Assembly (NCBI GenBank): GCA_030615045.1
Contig: JAUWZY010000001.1
Coordinates: forward strand, 1 to 34,729
Reading direction: 5' to 3'
DNA: 34,729 nucleotides
Source of the DNA: Chloroflexota bacterium
GTDB taxonomy: Bacteria; Chloroflexota; Dehalococcoidia; SZUA-161; JAUWZY01
A program made the translations under genes and the position numbers. Shown piece after piece: positions 24,069 through 34,265 of the stretch (within the stretch, counting starts at the first letter, position 1; each line of letters opens with the position of its first letter). Below the pieces are notes generated by a model. It saw only the letters and a list, made by a program, of their open reading frames with translations, did no database searches and was not told the DNA's origin.

Positions 24069-27000
24069 TTATTCACTCTCCCCTAACTCCGGTCCGGTCA
24101 AATTTATCCCCAGCCTTGGTACCTCGGGCTCCCGCAACAGCGATACCCTTCCCTCCTCCTCACTGAGGATCTCAACCGCCAGCCCCAAACTCTGGAGCTC
24201 CTTGACCAAAACCCTAAACGATTCCGGAATCCCCATCTCCAGCAAATCCTCGCCCTTGACTATAGCCTCGTAGGTTTTGACCCGGCCCACCACGTTATCA
24301 GACTTGACGGTCAGTATTTCCTGCAGGTTATAGGCAGCACCATAGGCCTCTAAGGCCCAGACCTCCATTTCACCAAACCTCTGCCCGCCAAATTGCGCCT
24401 TGCCCCCCAAGGGCTGTTGGGTTATCAAGGAATAAGGGCCGGTGGACCTGGCATGGATCTTGTCCTCAACCAGGTGCACCAGCTTCATGATATACATATA
24501 GCCTACGGTGACCTCCTGTTCGAAGGGCTCGCCGCTACGCCCATCATAAAGCATCACCTTGCCGAAGATCGGCGCAGCACGTCTCTGCTCATGATAAAGC
24601 TTGCTTGTCGCTTGCTCTACCTGCTCATCGCTTAAAGTAGAGGCATCTATCCCCTGTTCCCCAAGCCAGAGGCGGAGACAGGCCATTCTGGGCTCACCTT
24701 TATTGCCGTCGTCGAATATCCGCTCCCCATCGTAGCCCCGCTCAGCGAGCCAGGCTTTGGCCCGCTCTATTTGTACTATCTCCCTCCCGTCCTCGCGGCT
24801 TATGGCCCCGGAGCGCTGCGCGAACCAGGCTCGAGCCAAGGCGTCCTCGATGGAGATATCGTCGGCGCCATCGAACACCGGGGACAGCACCTCGAAGTTC
24901 AGGGTCCGGGCTGCCCAGCCGAGATGGATCTCAAGGAGCTGGCCAACGTTCATCCGGGAGGGGACACCGAGAGGGCTGAGGATGACATCCACAGGTCGGC
25001 CATCGGGGAGGAAAGGCATGTCCTCAGCGGGCAGGATCTTAGCGATGACCCCCTTATTGCCATGGCGACCAGCCAGCTTGTCACCTTCACAGATCCTTCG
25101 CTTCTGGGCCACGAAGACCCAGACTACCTGGTTGACCCCTGGTGGCAGCTGGCTACGATCCTCCCGGGAGAAGACCTTGACATCTATCACCTTACCTTGC
25201 TCGCCGTAAGGCATGCGCAGCGAGGTATCTTTTACATCACGAGCCTTCTCCCCGAATATGGCACGAAGCAGCTTCTCCTCAGCGGTGAGCCCCCTTTCCC
25301 CCTTGGGGGTGATCTTGCCCACCAAGATGTCACCCGAGGCAACCGCGGCCCCGACGCGAATAATGCCCTCCTCATCGAGATTGCGCAGGCTCTCCTCGCC
25401 GACATTGGGTATATCCCTCGTCATCTCCTCAGGACCCAACTTCGTCTCCCTGGCTTCGATCTCATACCTCTCGATGTGGATCGAGGTCAGCCTATCATCT
25501 CGGACCATGCTCTCTGAGATGACGATTGCATCCTCAAAGTTATATCCCTCCCAGCTGAGGAAGGCGCAGAGGACATTTTGCCCCAAAGCCAGCTCCCCAC
25601 GGTCTGTAGCGAAGCTATCAGCCATAACCTGCCCCTGCTGCACCCGGTCTCCCTTATCCACCACCGGATGCTGATCGAGACATGTCCCCTGGTTTGAGCG
25701 GGTAAACTTGGTCAAGCGATAGCTGCGTTCCTCACCGCTATCCTCACGGACTACGATCCTGTTGGCGGTGACCGAGGTCACCTCTCCTGGAGACGCAGCG
25801 AAGACTACCCGACCACTGTCACGAGCGACCTCCCGCTCCATGCCGGTGGCGATCAGTGGCGCTTGGGGCCGCAGCAGTGGTGTCGCTTGGCGCTGCATAT
25901 TGGAACCCATCAGCGCTCTGTTGGCATCATCGTGCTCCAAGAAAGGGATTAGCGATGTGGTCACGCTCACTATTTGCTTTGGCGATATATCTATAAAGTC
26001 GATGTTCTCGGGGTTCTCCATGAGGAACCTGCTGCCATGCCTGACCTCGACCTTGCTGTCGAGGAAATGACCATGCTGGTCAAGGCGGGCATTAGCCTGA
26101 GCGACGACGTATTCCTCCTCCTCATCCGCGGGAAGATATTGCACCTCATTGGAGACGAAAGGCATGATCCCGATCATCCTCGGCGGGAGCTCAGCCAGCT
26201 GTTGTGCCAGCTCAGGTGTGATCATCGTGCCCGCCTCGACCAGTTCCTTGCCCTTGCTGTCGAGCACGGGCTCCCTGACTATCCTGGCGATGAGTTCCGG
26301 GGAGGTGTTCTCCAGCTCTTTTATCACCCTGCGATAGGGGCTCTCGATAAAGCTGAGCTCATTGACCTGGGCATAGGTTGCCAGCGAGGTGATGAGCCCG
26401 ATATTAGGACCCTCGGGGGTCTCAATGGGACAGATGCGACCATAATGGGAGTGGTGAACATCGCGGACCTCAAAACCGGCACGCTCCCGAGAAAGCCCCC
26501 CAGGTCCTAATGCCGAAAGCCGCCGCTTATGGGTCAGCTCTGCCAAAGGGTTGGTCTGATCCATGAATTGGGAAAGCTGGGAGCTGCCGAAGAACTCCTT
26601 CACCGCGGCAACCAAAGGGCGGTTATTGACCAGAGCACTCGGGGTTGCTGATTCGGGGGGGAGCAAGCTCATCCGCTCTTTTGCCATCCGTTCCATGCGC
26701 AGCAGCCCAACCCTGAGCTGGTTCTGCAACAGCTCCCCCACCGCTCGCACCCTGCGGTTACCCAGATGATCGATATCATCAGGGGCCTCGCTGCCATTGT
26801 TGACCATGATAATATGGCGCACAATGGCTACCGCGTCTTCCTTGGTCAGGGTGCGCTGCTTCAGGGGGAGGTTCAACCCAAGCCGTTTGTTAAGCTTATA
26901 ACGCCCTGTCTTGCCCAGGTCATAGCGGCGAGGGTTGAAGAACAAAGCGTTTATCAATCCATGGGCATTATCGAGGTTTGCGGATTCGCCAGGGCGCAGC

Positions 27001-27743
27001 CTGCGGTAGAAATCAATAAGTGCCTCTTCCTCGCTCCTAACCATAGGTTCATGTTCTATGGTGCGTTTGAGATAAGGGTGCTCGGGATCGGTGTCGACAT
27101 CGGAAAAGAGCTCCACTAACTCCTGCTCCGTGCCATAGCCGATTGCTCGAAGCAGAGTGGTCACCGAGAGCTTGCGCCTGCGGTCAACTTTGACCCAAAG
27201 CAGGTCCCGGTTTGAGGTCTCAAACTCAAGCCAAGCCCCTCGATTCGGGATTAGCTTGGCGAAGCAAAGTTGCTCCCCAGTGGCCGGATCCTCCTGCGGG
27301 GTAAAGTAAACGCCAGGGGAGCGGATCAATTGGCTTACCACCACCCGCTCCGCCCCATTGATAATGAAGGTGCCCCTCTCCGTCATCACCGGGAAATCGC
27401 CCATGAAAACCACTTGTTCCTTGATCTCCCCGATTTCCTTTATCAGCAACCGCACCTTGAGCCTTAGCGATGCGGCATAGGTCAGATCGAGCTCCCGGCA
27501 TTCCTGCTCCGAGTACTTCGGCTCATCAAACTCATGGTCAAGGAGATGGAGCTCGAATCGGTTGCCGGTGTAGTCTTTGATCGGGGAAAACTCGGCAAAG
27601 AGTTCCTTCAGCCCCTCCTCTCGAAGCCAGCGATGGGAGTCTTGCTGGATCTGGATTAGGTTCGGGATTGCCAACACATCTGGTATCTGAGCATAGGACT
27701 TCCTAACCCGTGAGGGACTGGGACTCACTATACCTAAGGTCAT
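24069..27743 (-). CDS. rpoB: DNA-directed RNA polymerase subunit beta
   Basis: It contains the [25 protein letters not shown] (rifampicin cluster region), GRHGNKGV and [20 protein letters not shown] blocks. ATG 27743 lies 5 nt after GAGGTGG. The track start at 27770 is a TTG nine codons upstream. Confidence 0.97.
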   Translation of the reverse strand: MTLGIVSPSPSRVRKSYAQIPDVLAIPNLIQIQQDSHRWLREEGLKELFAEFSPIKDYTGNRFELHLLDHEFDEPKYSEQECRELDLTYAASLRLKVRLLIKEIGEIKEQVVFMGDFPVMTERGTFIINGAERVVVSQLIRSPGVYFTPQEDPATGEQLCFAKLIPNRGAWLEFETSNRDLLWVKVDRRRKLSVTTLLRAIGYGTEQELVELFSDVDTDPEHPYLKRTIEHEPMVRSEEEALIDFYRRLRPGESANLDNAHGLINALFFNPRRYDLGKTGRYKLNKRLGLNLPLKQRTLTKEDAVAIVRHIIMVNNGSEAPDDIDHLGNRRVRAVGELLQNQLRVGLLRMERMAKERMSLLPPESATPSALVNNRPLVAAVKEFFGSSQLSQFMDQTNPLAELTHKRRLSALGPGGLSRERAGFEVRDVHHSHYGRICPIETPEGPNIGLITSLATYAQVNELSFIESPYRRVIKELENTSPELIARIVREPVLDSKGKELVEAGTMITPELAQQLAELPPRMIGIMPFVSNEVQYLPADEEEEYVVAQANARLDQHGHFLDSKVEVRHGSRFLMENPENIDFIDISPKQIVSVTTSLIPFLEHDDANRALMGSNMQRQATPLLRPQAPLIATGMEREVARDSGRVVFAASPGEVTSVTANRIVVREDSGEERSYRLTKFTRSNQGTCLDQHPVVDKGDRVQQGQVMADSFATDRGELALGQNVLCAFLSWEGYNFEDAIVISESMVRDDRLTSIHIERYEIEARETKLGPEEMTRDIPNVGEESLRNLDEEGIIRVGAAVASGDILVGKITPKGERGLTAEEKLLRAIFGEKARDVKDTSLRMPYGEQGKVIDVKVFSREDRSQLPPGVNQVVWVFVAQKRRICEGDKLAGRHGNKGVIAKILPAEDMPFLPDGRPVDVILSPLGVPSRMNVGQLLEIHLGWAARTLNFEVLSPVFDGADDISIEDALARAWFAQRSGAISREDGREIVQIERAKAWLAERGYDGERIFDDGNKGEPRMACLRLWLGEQGIDASTLSDEQVEQATSKLYHEQRRAAPIFGKVMLYDGRSGEPFEQEVTVGYMYIMKLVHLVEDKIHARSTGPYSLITQQPLGGKAQFGGQRFGEMEVWALEAYGAAYNLQEILTVKSDNVVGRVKTYEAIVKGEDLLEMGIPESFRVLVKELQSLGLAVEILSEEEGRVSLLREPEVPRLGINLTGPELGESE

Positions 27744-27839
27744 TGTGCCCACCTCTTCAAAAGATGACAAGCCGAAGACATAGAAATAGTGTAAATGGAG
27801 TCAGAAATGGAGTTACGGAGGAATCATCGACAAATAAAT

Positions 27840-27868
27840 AGTATAGCACGCTTTTCTCTTTTTGTCAA
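27840..27868 (-). promoter_or_regulatory. candidate promoter for rpoB-rpoC-valS
   Basis: The minus sense reads TTGACA (27868-27863), a 17-nt spacer, then TATACT (27845-27840). Confidence 0.6.
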
Positions 27869-27894
27869 TACCCCGGTAATGGGGTTCAGCGCTG

Positions 27895-28155
27895 CTATCT
27901 GTCCTCTATCCCTCGTTCCTTTATATAGTCGATCGCGTCTTGCAGCGTTTTTATCTTCTCGGCATCTTCATCAGGTATCTCTAAAATCCGTTCCTTATCG
28001 CTGAATTCCTCTTCCAATGCCATGACCAATTCCACCAAGTCAAGGGAGTCAGCGTTTAGGTCGTCGGCGAACGAGGCCTGAGGTGTGACCTCAGAATCTT
28101 CGACGCCGAGCTGCTCGACAACAATCTTTTTCACCCGCTCGAACACTGTAATCAT
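27895..28155 (-). CDS. acpP: acyl carrier protein
   Basis: [23 protein letters not shown] carries the DSLD phosphopantetheine attachment motif. The protein is 86 aa. Confidence 0.95.
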   Translation of the reverse strand: MITVFERVKKIVVEQLGVEDSEVTPQASFADDLNADSLDLVELVMALEEEFSDKERILEIPDEDAEKIKTLQDAIDYIKERGIEDR

Positions 28156-28186
28156 CTTCCCCCCTAGGCAAACTTGAGACCGATTC

Positions 28187-28215
28187 TAACACAAAAATCA
28201 TAACCAGTTCCAGTC
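28187..28215 (-). promoter_or_regulatory. candidate promoter for acpP
   Basis: The minus sense reads TTGACA (28215-28210), a 17-nt spacer, then TATGAT (28192-28187). Confidence 0.55.
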
Positions 28216-28292
28216 CCATTGTCAAGAGCACAAACTGCTATATTATCTGCCTATTAACCATAATTGCTACCTCGATTGCAGTCCTAAATCAT

Positions 28293-28718
28293 CTAAGTCC
28301 GAAATTCTGCTGGCAGTGCCGCTGAGCTTACCGCCCCCAGAACACCATTGACGAACCTGGGGGAGCTATCACTGCCAAAGGCCTTGGCCAGCTCTACCGC
28401 TTCATTAATGGCAACCTTTATCAACCCCTTACCAGAGGTGGAGAGCTCAAAGATGGCGAGCCTCAGGATGTTCCTATCGATTATTGAAAGCTGTGCCACC
28501 GGGAAATTCGAGGCATAGGTTTGGATGATGGCATCAAGCTTTGCCCTATTATCCAGAACCCCGTTCACCAGCCCCTGAGCGAAGGTCGCTGCCTCCCCAG
28601 ACAGGGGCTTATCCTCCATCAGCCGGGCCAGAGTCGATGCCGGCTCATGTCCCACACAATCGACCTCATATAATGTTTGTAAAGCTAAGGCCCTAGCCTT
28701 GCGCCGCATAACAGCCAT
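28293..28718 (-). CDS. nusB: transcription antitermination factor NusB
   Basis: RKARALALQTLYEVD...IDRNILRLAIFEL...VAINEAVELAKAFGSDSSPRFVNGVLG is the NusB fold signature. Confidence 0.9.
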   Translation of the reverse strand: MAVMRRKARALALQTLYEVDCVGHEPASTLARLMEDKPLSGEAATFAQGLVNGVLDNRAKLDAIIQTYASNFPVAQLSIIDRNILRLAIFELSTSGKGLIKVAINEAVELAKAFGSDSSPRFVNGVLGAVSSAALPAEFRT

Positions 28719-28790
28719 CCATTAATAATCGCTGCCCAGCAAGTGGATGTTCCCCACCCGCACGTTGTTTAACCCTGTTTCCTTTGCCAC

Positions 28791-29864
28791 CTACAAGCAT
28801 TCCTGGGCATGCCTCCTTGAGGTAGTGGGAAGGTCGCCCATGAAGAAATGGGGATAAAAGGCAAGAAGGGCATAGGGAATTTCAGGATTCAGGGAGGCAA
28901 TGAAGGTGGCAATCTTCGCCACCTCCTCCGTTTCCACATATCCAGGGATGAGAAGGGTGCTGGCCACCAGCAATGGGGGCTGAGGTCTCCTCTCGATATA
29001 CTGAGCTAAGAGGCGGAAGTTTTGCAACGTCCTTTTATTGCTCACCCCACAGAGGGCCAGGTGCAACTCCTCGCTCCAGGCCTTGAGGTCGAACTTGATG
29101 CAGCCCCCGGACTTTAGCGAAAGTTCAGCCATCTGCCGTAATAGATTGGGATGCATCGAGCCATTCGTCTCCCAACAGATACGGAGGATTCTGTCCTTGG
29201 CCTGGTTCAAAGCCAGCCGAGATGCCAGGATAGCATGCGGGAGTTGAGGTGTTGGGTCGCCTCCGAAGTAGCAGATGCAGGATGTCTTCTCATCCACCTG
29301 GTCGGCAAGTTCTTGGGCACTGGCCTTGGGCGCAGCGGTTGCGGAAAGGCGATAGTGCCAATTCTGGCAAAAGAGGCAATCGAAGGAGCAGGCCTGATAG
29401 AAAACAGCGAGGTTGTTATAGCCGAACTCCGGACCATTGCGATAGGCCAACCGGGGATATCCGGCGCCGGTGCCTCCAGGACAGACCCAATCGGCGACGC
29501 AATTGGTAGGCAGAGGGTCATGATACCAAGAGACATTGCCTCTTTGCCCCACGGCGCCGCTGAGCTTGCCGCCGATGTTGATCCTGAGCCCACAATAGCT
29601 CCTGCCGGCCTCGGGGATGCTGCATTCATTGAGGCAAATGCGACAGCTCAGCCCTTTTTCCCCCTTCGGCGGCTCTTTGGGCAGGCCAAACCCCTCTCTC
29701 TCATCATGATGAACCTGTTCCACAGCTTGGTGAAGCTCAGCAAAGTGGTTCTTTATGCACTCAGCGCACAGCCCCAAGCTCTGAGAGATAAGAACCGATT
29801 CCTTCCCGCAGCAACGGCATTTGACGATGGTCTTGGTCGCTGATTTAGTTCTTATTATCCCCAT
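28791..29864 (-). CDS. radical SAM protein, PflA/AmmeMemoRadiSam-type activase-like, with N-terminal zinc ribbon
   Basis: CSFDCLFCQNW is a CX3CX2C motif. Upstream lies CRICLNECSIPEAGRSYCGLRIN, the Cys-rich block seen in AmrS/PflA-like enzymes. An extra CRCCGK...CAECIK ribbon is present. ATG 29864 sits 2 nt after the fabD stop. The track start at 29912 overlaps fabD. Confidence 0.8.
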   Translation of the reverse strand: MGIIRTKSATKTIVKCRCCGKESVLISQSLGLCAECIKNHFAELHQAVEQVHHDEREGFGLPKEPPKGEKGLSCRICLNECSIPEAGRSYCGLRINIGGKLSGAVGQRGNVSWYHDPLPTNCVADWVCPGGTGAGYPRLAYRNGPEFGYNNLAVFYQACSFDCLFCQNWHYRLSATAAPKASAQELADQVDEKTSCICYFGGDPTPQLPHAILASRLALNQAKDRILRICWETNGSMHPNLLRQMAELSLKSGGCIKFDLKAWSEELHLALCGVSNKRTLQNFRLLAQYIERRPQPPLLVASTLLIPGYVETEEVAKIATFIASLNPEIPYALLAFYPHFFMGDLPTTSRRHAQECL

Positions 29865-29866
29865 GG

Positions 29867-31144
29867 CTAACAGGTGAGGTGCAAGGCAGCAGCCACTCTC
29901 TGAGATCGGCAAAGCTGGTTATAACTATCACAGGCCTTATCAGTAGCTGCCACTACTAACTCGATGCCTTGAGATTCAAGGTATTGTCTGGTCTCAGCCG
30001 GGATCTGCACCAGTCCATACGCCCCGGTTCCAACGATCAATGCCTGCGGCCTCTCGGAGACGATTTCATCGAGATCCTCAGGGCAAAGCTCATGTCCTTG
30101 CCTCCGCCACCAATCCTTGACGCCTTGGCGCAGAATGAGGACGTCGTTGGAGTATTCCTTCCCATCGATGACAACGTGACCGAAGCGGTAGGACTCGATC
30201 ATCAACCCATCCCCTGCCCAAAAGCTCAGCGCTCTAATGGAGGACATATCGCTGATGTTGACGGTCTGCGCCCCCTTATCGATCCTCTTAATAAGCCCAG
30301 AAAGCACGCTCCCGGGGCCGATCTCGATGAATGTGGAAACCCCGTGGTCAATCATATATTGTACCGAATGTCGCCAACGAACACAATGACGGAGCTGGTG
30401 CGCCAGCTCCTCCTTGATCTCCTGAGCAGTAGTCGCCGGCTGAGCGGTGGTGTTGACCACAATGGGGATCTCGGGGTCACGGAAGTGGAGCTCGGAGATG
30501 ATGCGAGCCAGCTCATCCGCAGCCGACTTCATAAGCTGGGAATGGAAGGCGCCGCTAACCTCGAGGGGGACTACCCGTGCCCCTTGGCTCCGGGCCAGTT
30601 CCATAGCCTGATTCAGAGCCTCCACTGCCCCGCTGATCACGATCTGATTCGGGGAGTTGATGTTGGCGATCTCTACCCCAACCTCCTGGCAAAGCTTAGC
30701 CAGGGATGGTTCATCAAGCCCGATGATCGCCGCCATACCGCCGGGTTGCCTTGCCCCCGCCTGATGCATCAACCGCCCCCGCTCTTGAACAAGGCGGATG
30801 CAATCGCTGAATTCGAGAACCCCAGCGGCTACTAACGCAGTATACTCGCCGAGGCTATGCCCAGCCACCAATGAGGGCTGAAACCCACTATGAAGCTCAG
30901 AAACAGCCCTGAGGCAAGCGATGCTGGTTGCCATTATCGCCGGTTGGGCATGGATGGTTTGACAAAGCTCCTCTTCTGGACCCTGAAAACAGAGCTGAGA
31001 TAGAGGGAAATCGAGAGCTCGGTCGCATTCCTCGAAGACCTCCCGGGCTGCGGGGGAATCCTGATACAGGTCCAGCCCCATGCCCAGTTTTTGCGACCCC
31101 TGGCCGGGAAAGACGAAAGCGATGTCACCCATGGCTCCCTCCAT
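29867..31144 (-). CDS. fabD: malonyl CoA-ACP transacylase (FabD) fused to a C-terminal MTH938-like (DUF498) domain
   Basis: IAFVFPGQGSQKLGMG, GHSLGEYTALVAAG and SGAFHSQLM form the FabD catalytic blocks (aa 1 to about 300). The same frame then continues MIESYRFGHVVIDGKEYSNDVLILRQGVKDWWRRQGHELCPEDLDEIVSERPQALIVGTGAYG...VAAALHLTC, an MTH938-type pattern. ATG 31132 (5 nt after GGAGG) is a likely alternative start. Confidence 0.9.
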   Translation of the reverse strand: MEGAMGDIAFVFPGQGSQKLGMGLDLYQDSPAAREVFEECDRALDFPLSQLCFQGPEEELCQTIHAQPAIMATSIACLRAVSELHSGFQPSLVAGHSLGEYTALVAAGVLEFSDCIRLVQERGRLMHQAGARQPGGMAAIIGLDEPSLAKLCQEVGVEIANINSPNQIVISGAVEALNQAMELARSQGARVVPLEVSGAFHSQLMKSAADELARIISELHFRDPEIPIVVNTTAQPATTAQEIKEELAHQLRHCVRWRHSVQYMIDHGVSTFIEIGPGSVLSGLIKRIDKGAQTVNISDMSSIRALSFWAGDGLMIESYRFGHVVIDGKEYSNDVLILRQGVKDWWRRQGHELCPEDLDEIVSERPQALIVGTGAYGLVQIPAETRQYLESQGIELVVAATDKACDSYNQLCRSQRVAAALHLTC

Positions 31145-31345
31145 CTATCGCCCTTTCCCCTTCTTGCTCTCTATCGGCAGCACTTCCCGTCCTCGATAGC
31201 TCCCGCAGTTGGGGCAGACACGATGGGATGGCTTGAGAGCATGACATTGCGGGCAGGGAACCAACTGAGGAAACGAGAATTGACGATGGGAACGTCTTTT
31301 CCCACGGCGAGCTTGTGATGTCTTCCTTTTGGGCAAAGCGGCCAC
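31145..31345 (-). CDS. rpmF: 50S ribosomal protein L32
   Basis: MAALPKRKTSQARRGKRRSH...CPQCHALKPSHRVCPNCGSYRG. Confidence 0.95.
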   Translation of the reverse strand: MAALPKRKTSQARRGKRRSHRQFSFPQLVPCPQCHALKPSHRVCPNCGSYRGREVLPIESKKGKGR

Positions 31346-31350
31346 GGCAG

Positions 31351-31869
31351 CTACTTCTCGCTCTCCTCCCCCTCGGGGTGCCAGCTTTGAAGCTGAGCCC
31401 AGGGGGAGCTAACAGTTTCCCTATTACAGTTGCAAGGGCCATAATTGAGATTGTGGCCACAATCGGGGCACAGCCCAGCACAATCATCTTTACAAATTGG
31501 CTTCATCGGTAGTGCCAAAAGCGTATGCTGGCGGATAGCCTCACTCAGGTCGAGCACATGGCTTTCATCGATAACAAAGCCCTCGGCACCCTCAGGCAGA
31601 GACAGAGAAAGGCCACTGATCGTATCCGTGGTGGGGAAGTATTCCTCCTCTATGTCCAAAGTCAGTGGGCATTCAAACTCTTCAAGGCAGCGGCTACATA
31701 TACATTTAACCGTCGTTTGCAGCCTCGCTGTGACCAAGATGCTTCGGTTTGTGCGCAGCAATCGCACCTCACCCTCAATGGGCAGATCTCGGTCGTTGAT
31801 TTCACTGATCTGATAGCGCCGAACTTGCCCTATGGGTTGTTTAAGTTGCTGAGCGACGTTGATCCTCAT
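31351..31869 (-). CDS. yceD: DUF177 protein (YceD-like, large-subunit rRNA accumulation)
   Basis: It has CSRCLEEF...DLSEAIRQHTLLALPMKPICKDDCAGLCPDCGHNLN and sits in the conserved position directly upstream of rpmF. Confidence 0.85.
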   Translation of the reverse strand: MRINVAQQLKQPIGQVRRYQISEINDRDLPIEGEVRLLRTNRSILVTARLQTTVKCICSRCLEEFECPLTLDIEEEYFPTTDTISGLSLSLPEGAEGFVIDESHVLDLSEAIRQHTLLALPMKPICKDDCAGLCPDCGHNLNYGPCNCNRETVSSPWAQLQSWHPEGEESEK

Positions 31870-31897
31870 GGCTGACTGGGGTCACAAATCAGTTCTC

Positions 31898-31927
31898 ATT
31901 ATAAGGAGTGAGGTAAGCTGTTGTCAA
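31898..31927 (-). promoter_or_regulatory. candidate promoter for the yceD-rpmF-fabD operon
   Basis: The minus sense reads TTGACA (31927-31922), an 18-nt spacer, then TATAAT (31903-31898). Confidence 0.6.
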
Positions 31928-31933
31928 GCCTCC

Positions 31934-31962
31934 TTGTATCAATAGGAAATAAGAGCTATAAT
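31934..31962 (+). promoter_or_regulatory. candidate promoter for dnaJ
   Basis: TTGTAT (31934-31939), a 17-nt spacer, then TATAAT (31957-31962). It is divergent from and adjacent to the yceD promoter. Confidence 0.5.
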
Positions 31963-31983
31963 GAAAAGTTAGGGTTTAAGGCC

Positions 31984-33108
31984 ATGGCTATTAAACGCGA
32001 TTACTATGAGGTCCTGGGCGTGGCTCGAGATGCCTCTCAGGAGGAGCTCAAGAGAGCTTATCGCAAGTTGGCCTTTCAGTACCACCCCGACCACAACAAA
32101 GATAAGGACGCCGAGGAGAAGTTCAAGGAGATCAATGAGGCTTATGAGGTGCTGAGCAACCCGGAACAGCGGGCTACCTATGACCGCTTTGGTACTGCTG
32201 GCATTCCTCACTTCGGCCGTGGCTTTGAGGGCTTTGACTTCGGCGACCTGGGTAGCATCTTTGACGCTTTCTTCGGCGGCGGAGTGCGGGCGCGCCGCAC
32301 CGCGCCACAGCAGGGCGCCGACCTGCACTACAATCTCGCCATCTCCTTTGAGGAAGCGATCTTCGGCTGTGAGAAGGAGCTGGAGGTGGTGCGCACCGAG
32401 AGCTGTTCGCTTTGTCATGGGACCGGCTCCGAGCCAGGAAGCCAACCAATAAGATGTCCCAACTGCAATGGCAGTGGAGAAATACGCCGCGCCCAGCGCA
32501 GTTTCTTTGGCCAGTTCATCAATGTGACCCTCTGCAATCGCTGCCATGGTGAAGGGCGGATTATCAGCAAGCCCTGTCCCCAATGCAAAGGAACGGGCAA
32601 GGAACGGCGCAGACGCAATATCGTGATAACCATCCCGCCCGGCGTCGATGATGGCATCACCATCAGGCTGAGTGGAGAGGGGAATTCAGGCTCCCGAGGC
32701 GGCGCCCCGGGAAACCTCTACGTAATTTTGTCAATGCAGGAACACGAGCTCTTCAAACGAGAGGGCAATGATATCCTCTACGTCCTGGCGCTAAATTTTG
32801 CCCAGGCTGCTTTGGGTGATGAGATCCAGGTGCCCACAGTCGATGGCCACTTCTTGCTCAAGATCCCGGCAGGGACTCAGTCAGGCAGTTTATTCCGCAT
32901 TAAGGGGAAAGGCGCTCCTCATTTCCGGGGACATAGTCGCGGCGATCAAATAGTCAGGGTCCATGTGGTCACCCCACAGTCCTTAGATAAAGATCAGAAA
33001 AAGCTCTTCCAAGAGCTGGCTAAGACGCTTGGCCCGGCGTCTCTGCCCAAGGACGAAGCGGAGAGGGGCTTTTTCGAGAGGTTCAAAGACGTCTTCGGCA
33101 AGGTCTAA
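31984..33108 (+). CDS. dnaJ: molecular chaperone DnaJ
   Basis: It has a J domain (DYYEVLGV...YHPDHN), a G/F region and four CxxCxGxG repeats ([32 protein letters not shown]). The family N-terminus matches ATG 31984. The track start at 31921 is a TTG extension. Confidence 0.95.
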   Translation: MAIKRDYYEVLGVARDASQEELKRAYRKLAFQYHPDHNKDKDAEEKFKEINEAYEVLSNPEQRATYDRFGTAGIPHFGRGFEGFDFGDLGSIFDAFFGGGVRARRTAPQQGADLHYNLAISFEEAIFGCEKELEVVRTESCSLCHGTGSEPGSQPIRCPNCNGSGEIRRAQRSFFGQFINVTLCNRCHGEGRIISKPCPQCKGTGKERRRRNIVITIPPGVDDGITIRLSGEGNSGSRGGAPGNLYVILSMQEHELFKREGNDILYVLALNFAQAALGDEIQVPTVDGHFLLKIPAGTQSGSLFRIKGKGAPHFRGHSRGDQIVRVHVVTPQSLDKDQKKLFQELAKTLGPASLPKDEAERGFFERFKDVFGKV

Positions 33109-34232
33109 AGGGCTTGGATCATCCCGGACCTGACCTCGAACTTGGCAGCTCGAGCTAAGAAAGCGGGCTCAAAGCGGTCGGCATCGCTGGCTGTGATCAC
33201 CACTTGCTGATAGCCCAGGGCGGCTTGGAGTAAATGATGGCGACGCTGGGCATCGAGCTCGGAGAGGACATCATCCAGAAGCAGAACCGGCGAGTCGCCA
33301 GCCCTTGCTGCTATGAATTTGGCCTCGGCCAGCTTTAAGGACAGGGCTATAGTTCGATTTTGCCCCCGAGAACCATAAATGTTCATGTCTCTTTCATTGA
33401 CCAGGAAGCGGAGGTCATCACGGTGCGGGCCGATCAAGGTCATCCCCTGAGCCACCTCTTTATCTCGGGCGGCGGATAGCGCTTCCTGAAATGCCTCTTT
33501 GTCGACGCTGCTTTGATAGATCATTTTCAGCCTCTCTTGTCCCTCAGTTAGCTGATCATGGATCGGCCGAGCCAGCTCATCAAGCGCAGCCACCGTTTGC
33601 TGGCGCAGGGCTATGAGATAAGAGCCCGCTTCCACTAATTCCCGGTCCCAAAAATCAAGCTCCTCGGGGCGAGCTCGGTGCTCAGCTATCAGGCGCAGGA
33701 GATAATTTCGCCGCTGCAGAACCCTATGGTATCGCTGTAACGCTCTGAGATAGCGGTGGTCGGCTTGGGAATTGGTGATGTCAAGATAGCGGCGACGCAA
33801 TGCCGGTTCGCCATCAACGAGGTCGATGTCTTTGGGACTGAACAAGACCACGTTGATTAGCCCAATGAGGTCCATGGCGCGGCGGTCGACGCCATTTACT
33901 CGAATCCGCTTCTGGACATAACTAGCTCCCGCTTCTGCAGCGACGATTTTGCCCCTCAGGGCGATCTCCACCCGCAGGCTCCCGCTAGCCCTCTGCGCCT
34001 GGACCTCAAGGCGAGCAACTGGGTCCTTTTCTCTTAACGCAGACCAGTTTATCAGCTCTACGTCACTGGCAGTACGAGGTGATTTAGTCGTGGCCAAAAG
34101 GTAGATGGCCTCAAGAAGGTTGCTCTTGCCCTGAGCATTGCCCCCCAGAAGTATCAGTATGTCTGGTGGCAGGTGAAGTTCGAGGCGGATGTAATTGCGA
34201 AAGTTTGCCAGACTTAGATGCTGAATCCGTAT
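33105..34232 (-). CDS. recF: DNA replication/repair protein RecF, apparently initiating at a non-canonical codon
   Basis: The track ORF begins at TTG 34097, but the same frame is open upstream and encodes (I)[50 protein letters not shown]. That stretch is the RecF N-terminal strand plus Walker A. An in-frame TGA lies 18 codons upstream of the ATA at 34232-34230, and no ATG, GTG or TTG lies between them. The ATA sits 6 nt after GGAGG. The C-terminal [11 protein letters not shown] Walker B is present. Confidence 0.85.
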   Translation of the reverse strand: MRIQHLSLANFRNYIRLELHLPPDILILLGGNAQGKSNLLEAIYLLATTKSPRTASDVELINWSALREKDPVARLEVQAQRASGSLRVEIALRGKIVAAEAGASYVQKRIRVNGVDRRAMDLIGLINVVLFSPKDIDLVDGEPALRRRYLDITNSQADHRYLRALQRYHRVLQRRNYLLRLIAEHRARPEELDFWDRELVEAGSYLIALRQQTVAALDELARPIHDQLTEGQERLKMIYQSSVDKEAFQEALSAARDKEVAQGMTLIGPHRDDLRFLVNERDMNIYGSRGQNRTIALSLKLAEAKFIAARAGDSPVLLLDDVLSELDAQRRHHLLQAALGYQQVVITASDADRFEPAFLARAAKFEVRSGMIQAL

Positions 34233-34265
34233 CTTTCGCCTCCAGCAAGGGATAGCCTTAACCGG

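Noticed and set aside
24771-25517. A long + strand ORF (248 aa) and neighbouring ORFs 24757..25209, 25213..25674 and 25974..26510 inside rpoB.
   Set aside because: They are antisense shadows of a GC-rich, strongly supported gene. They have low-complexity Pro/Arg/Ser/Leu-rich composition, no SD and no recognisable motifs.
29969-30835. A 288-aa + strand ORF, and 29151..29843 (230 aa), opposite fabD and the radical SAM gene.
   Set aside because: They are antisense to genes with unambiguous catalytic motifs and have no motifs of their own. This is typical of open antisense frames in GC-rich coding DNA.
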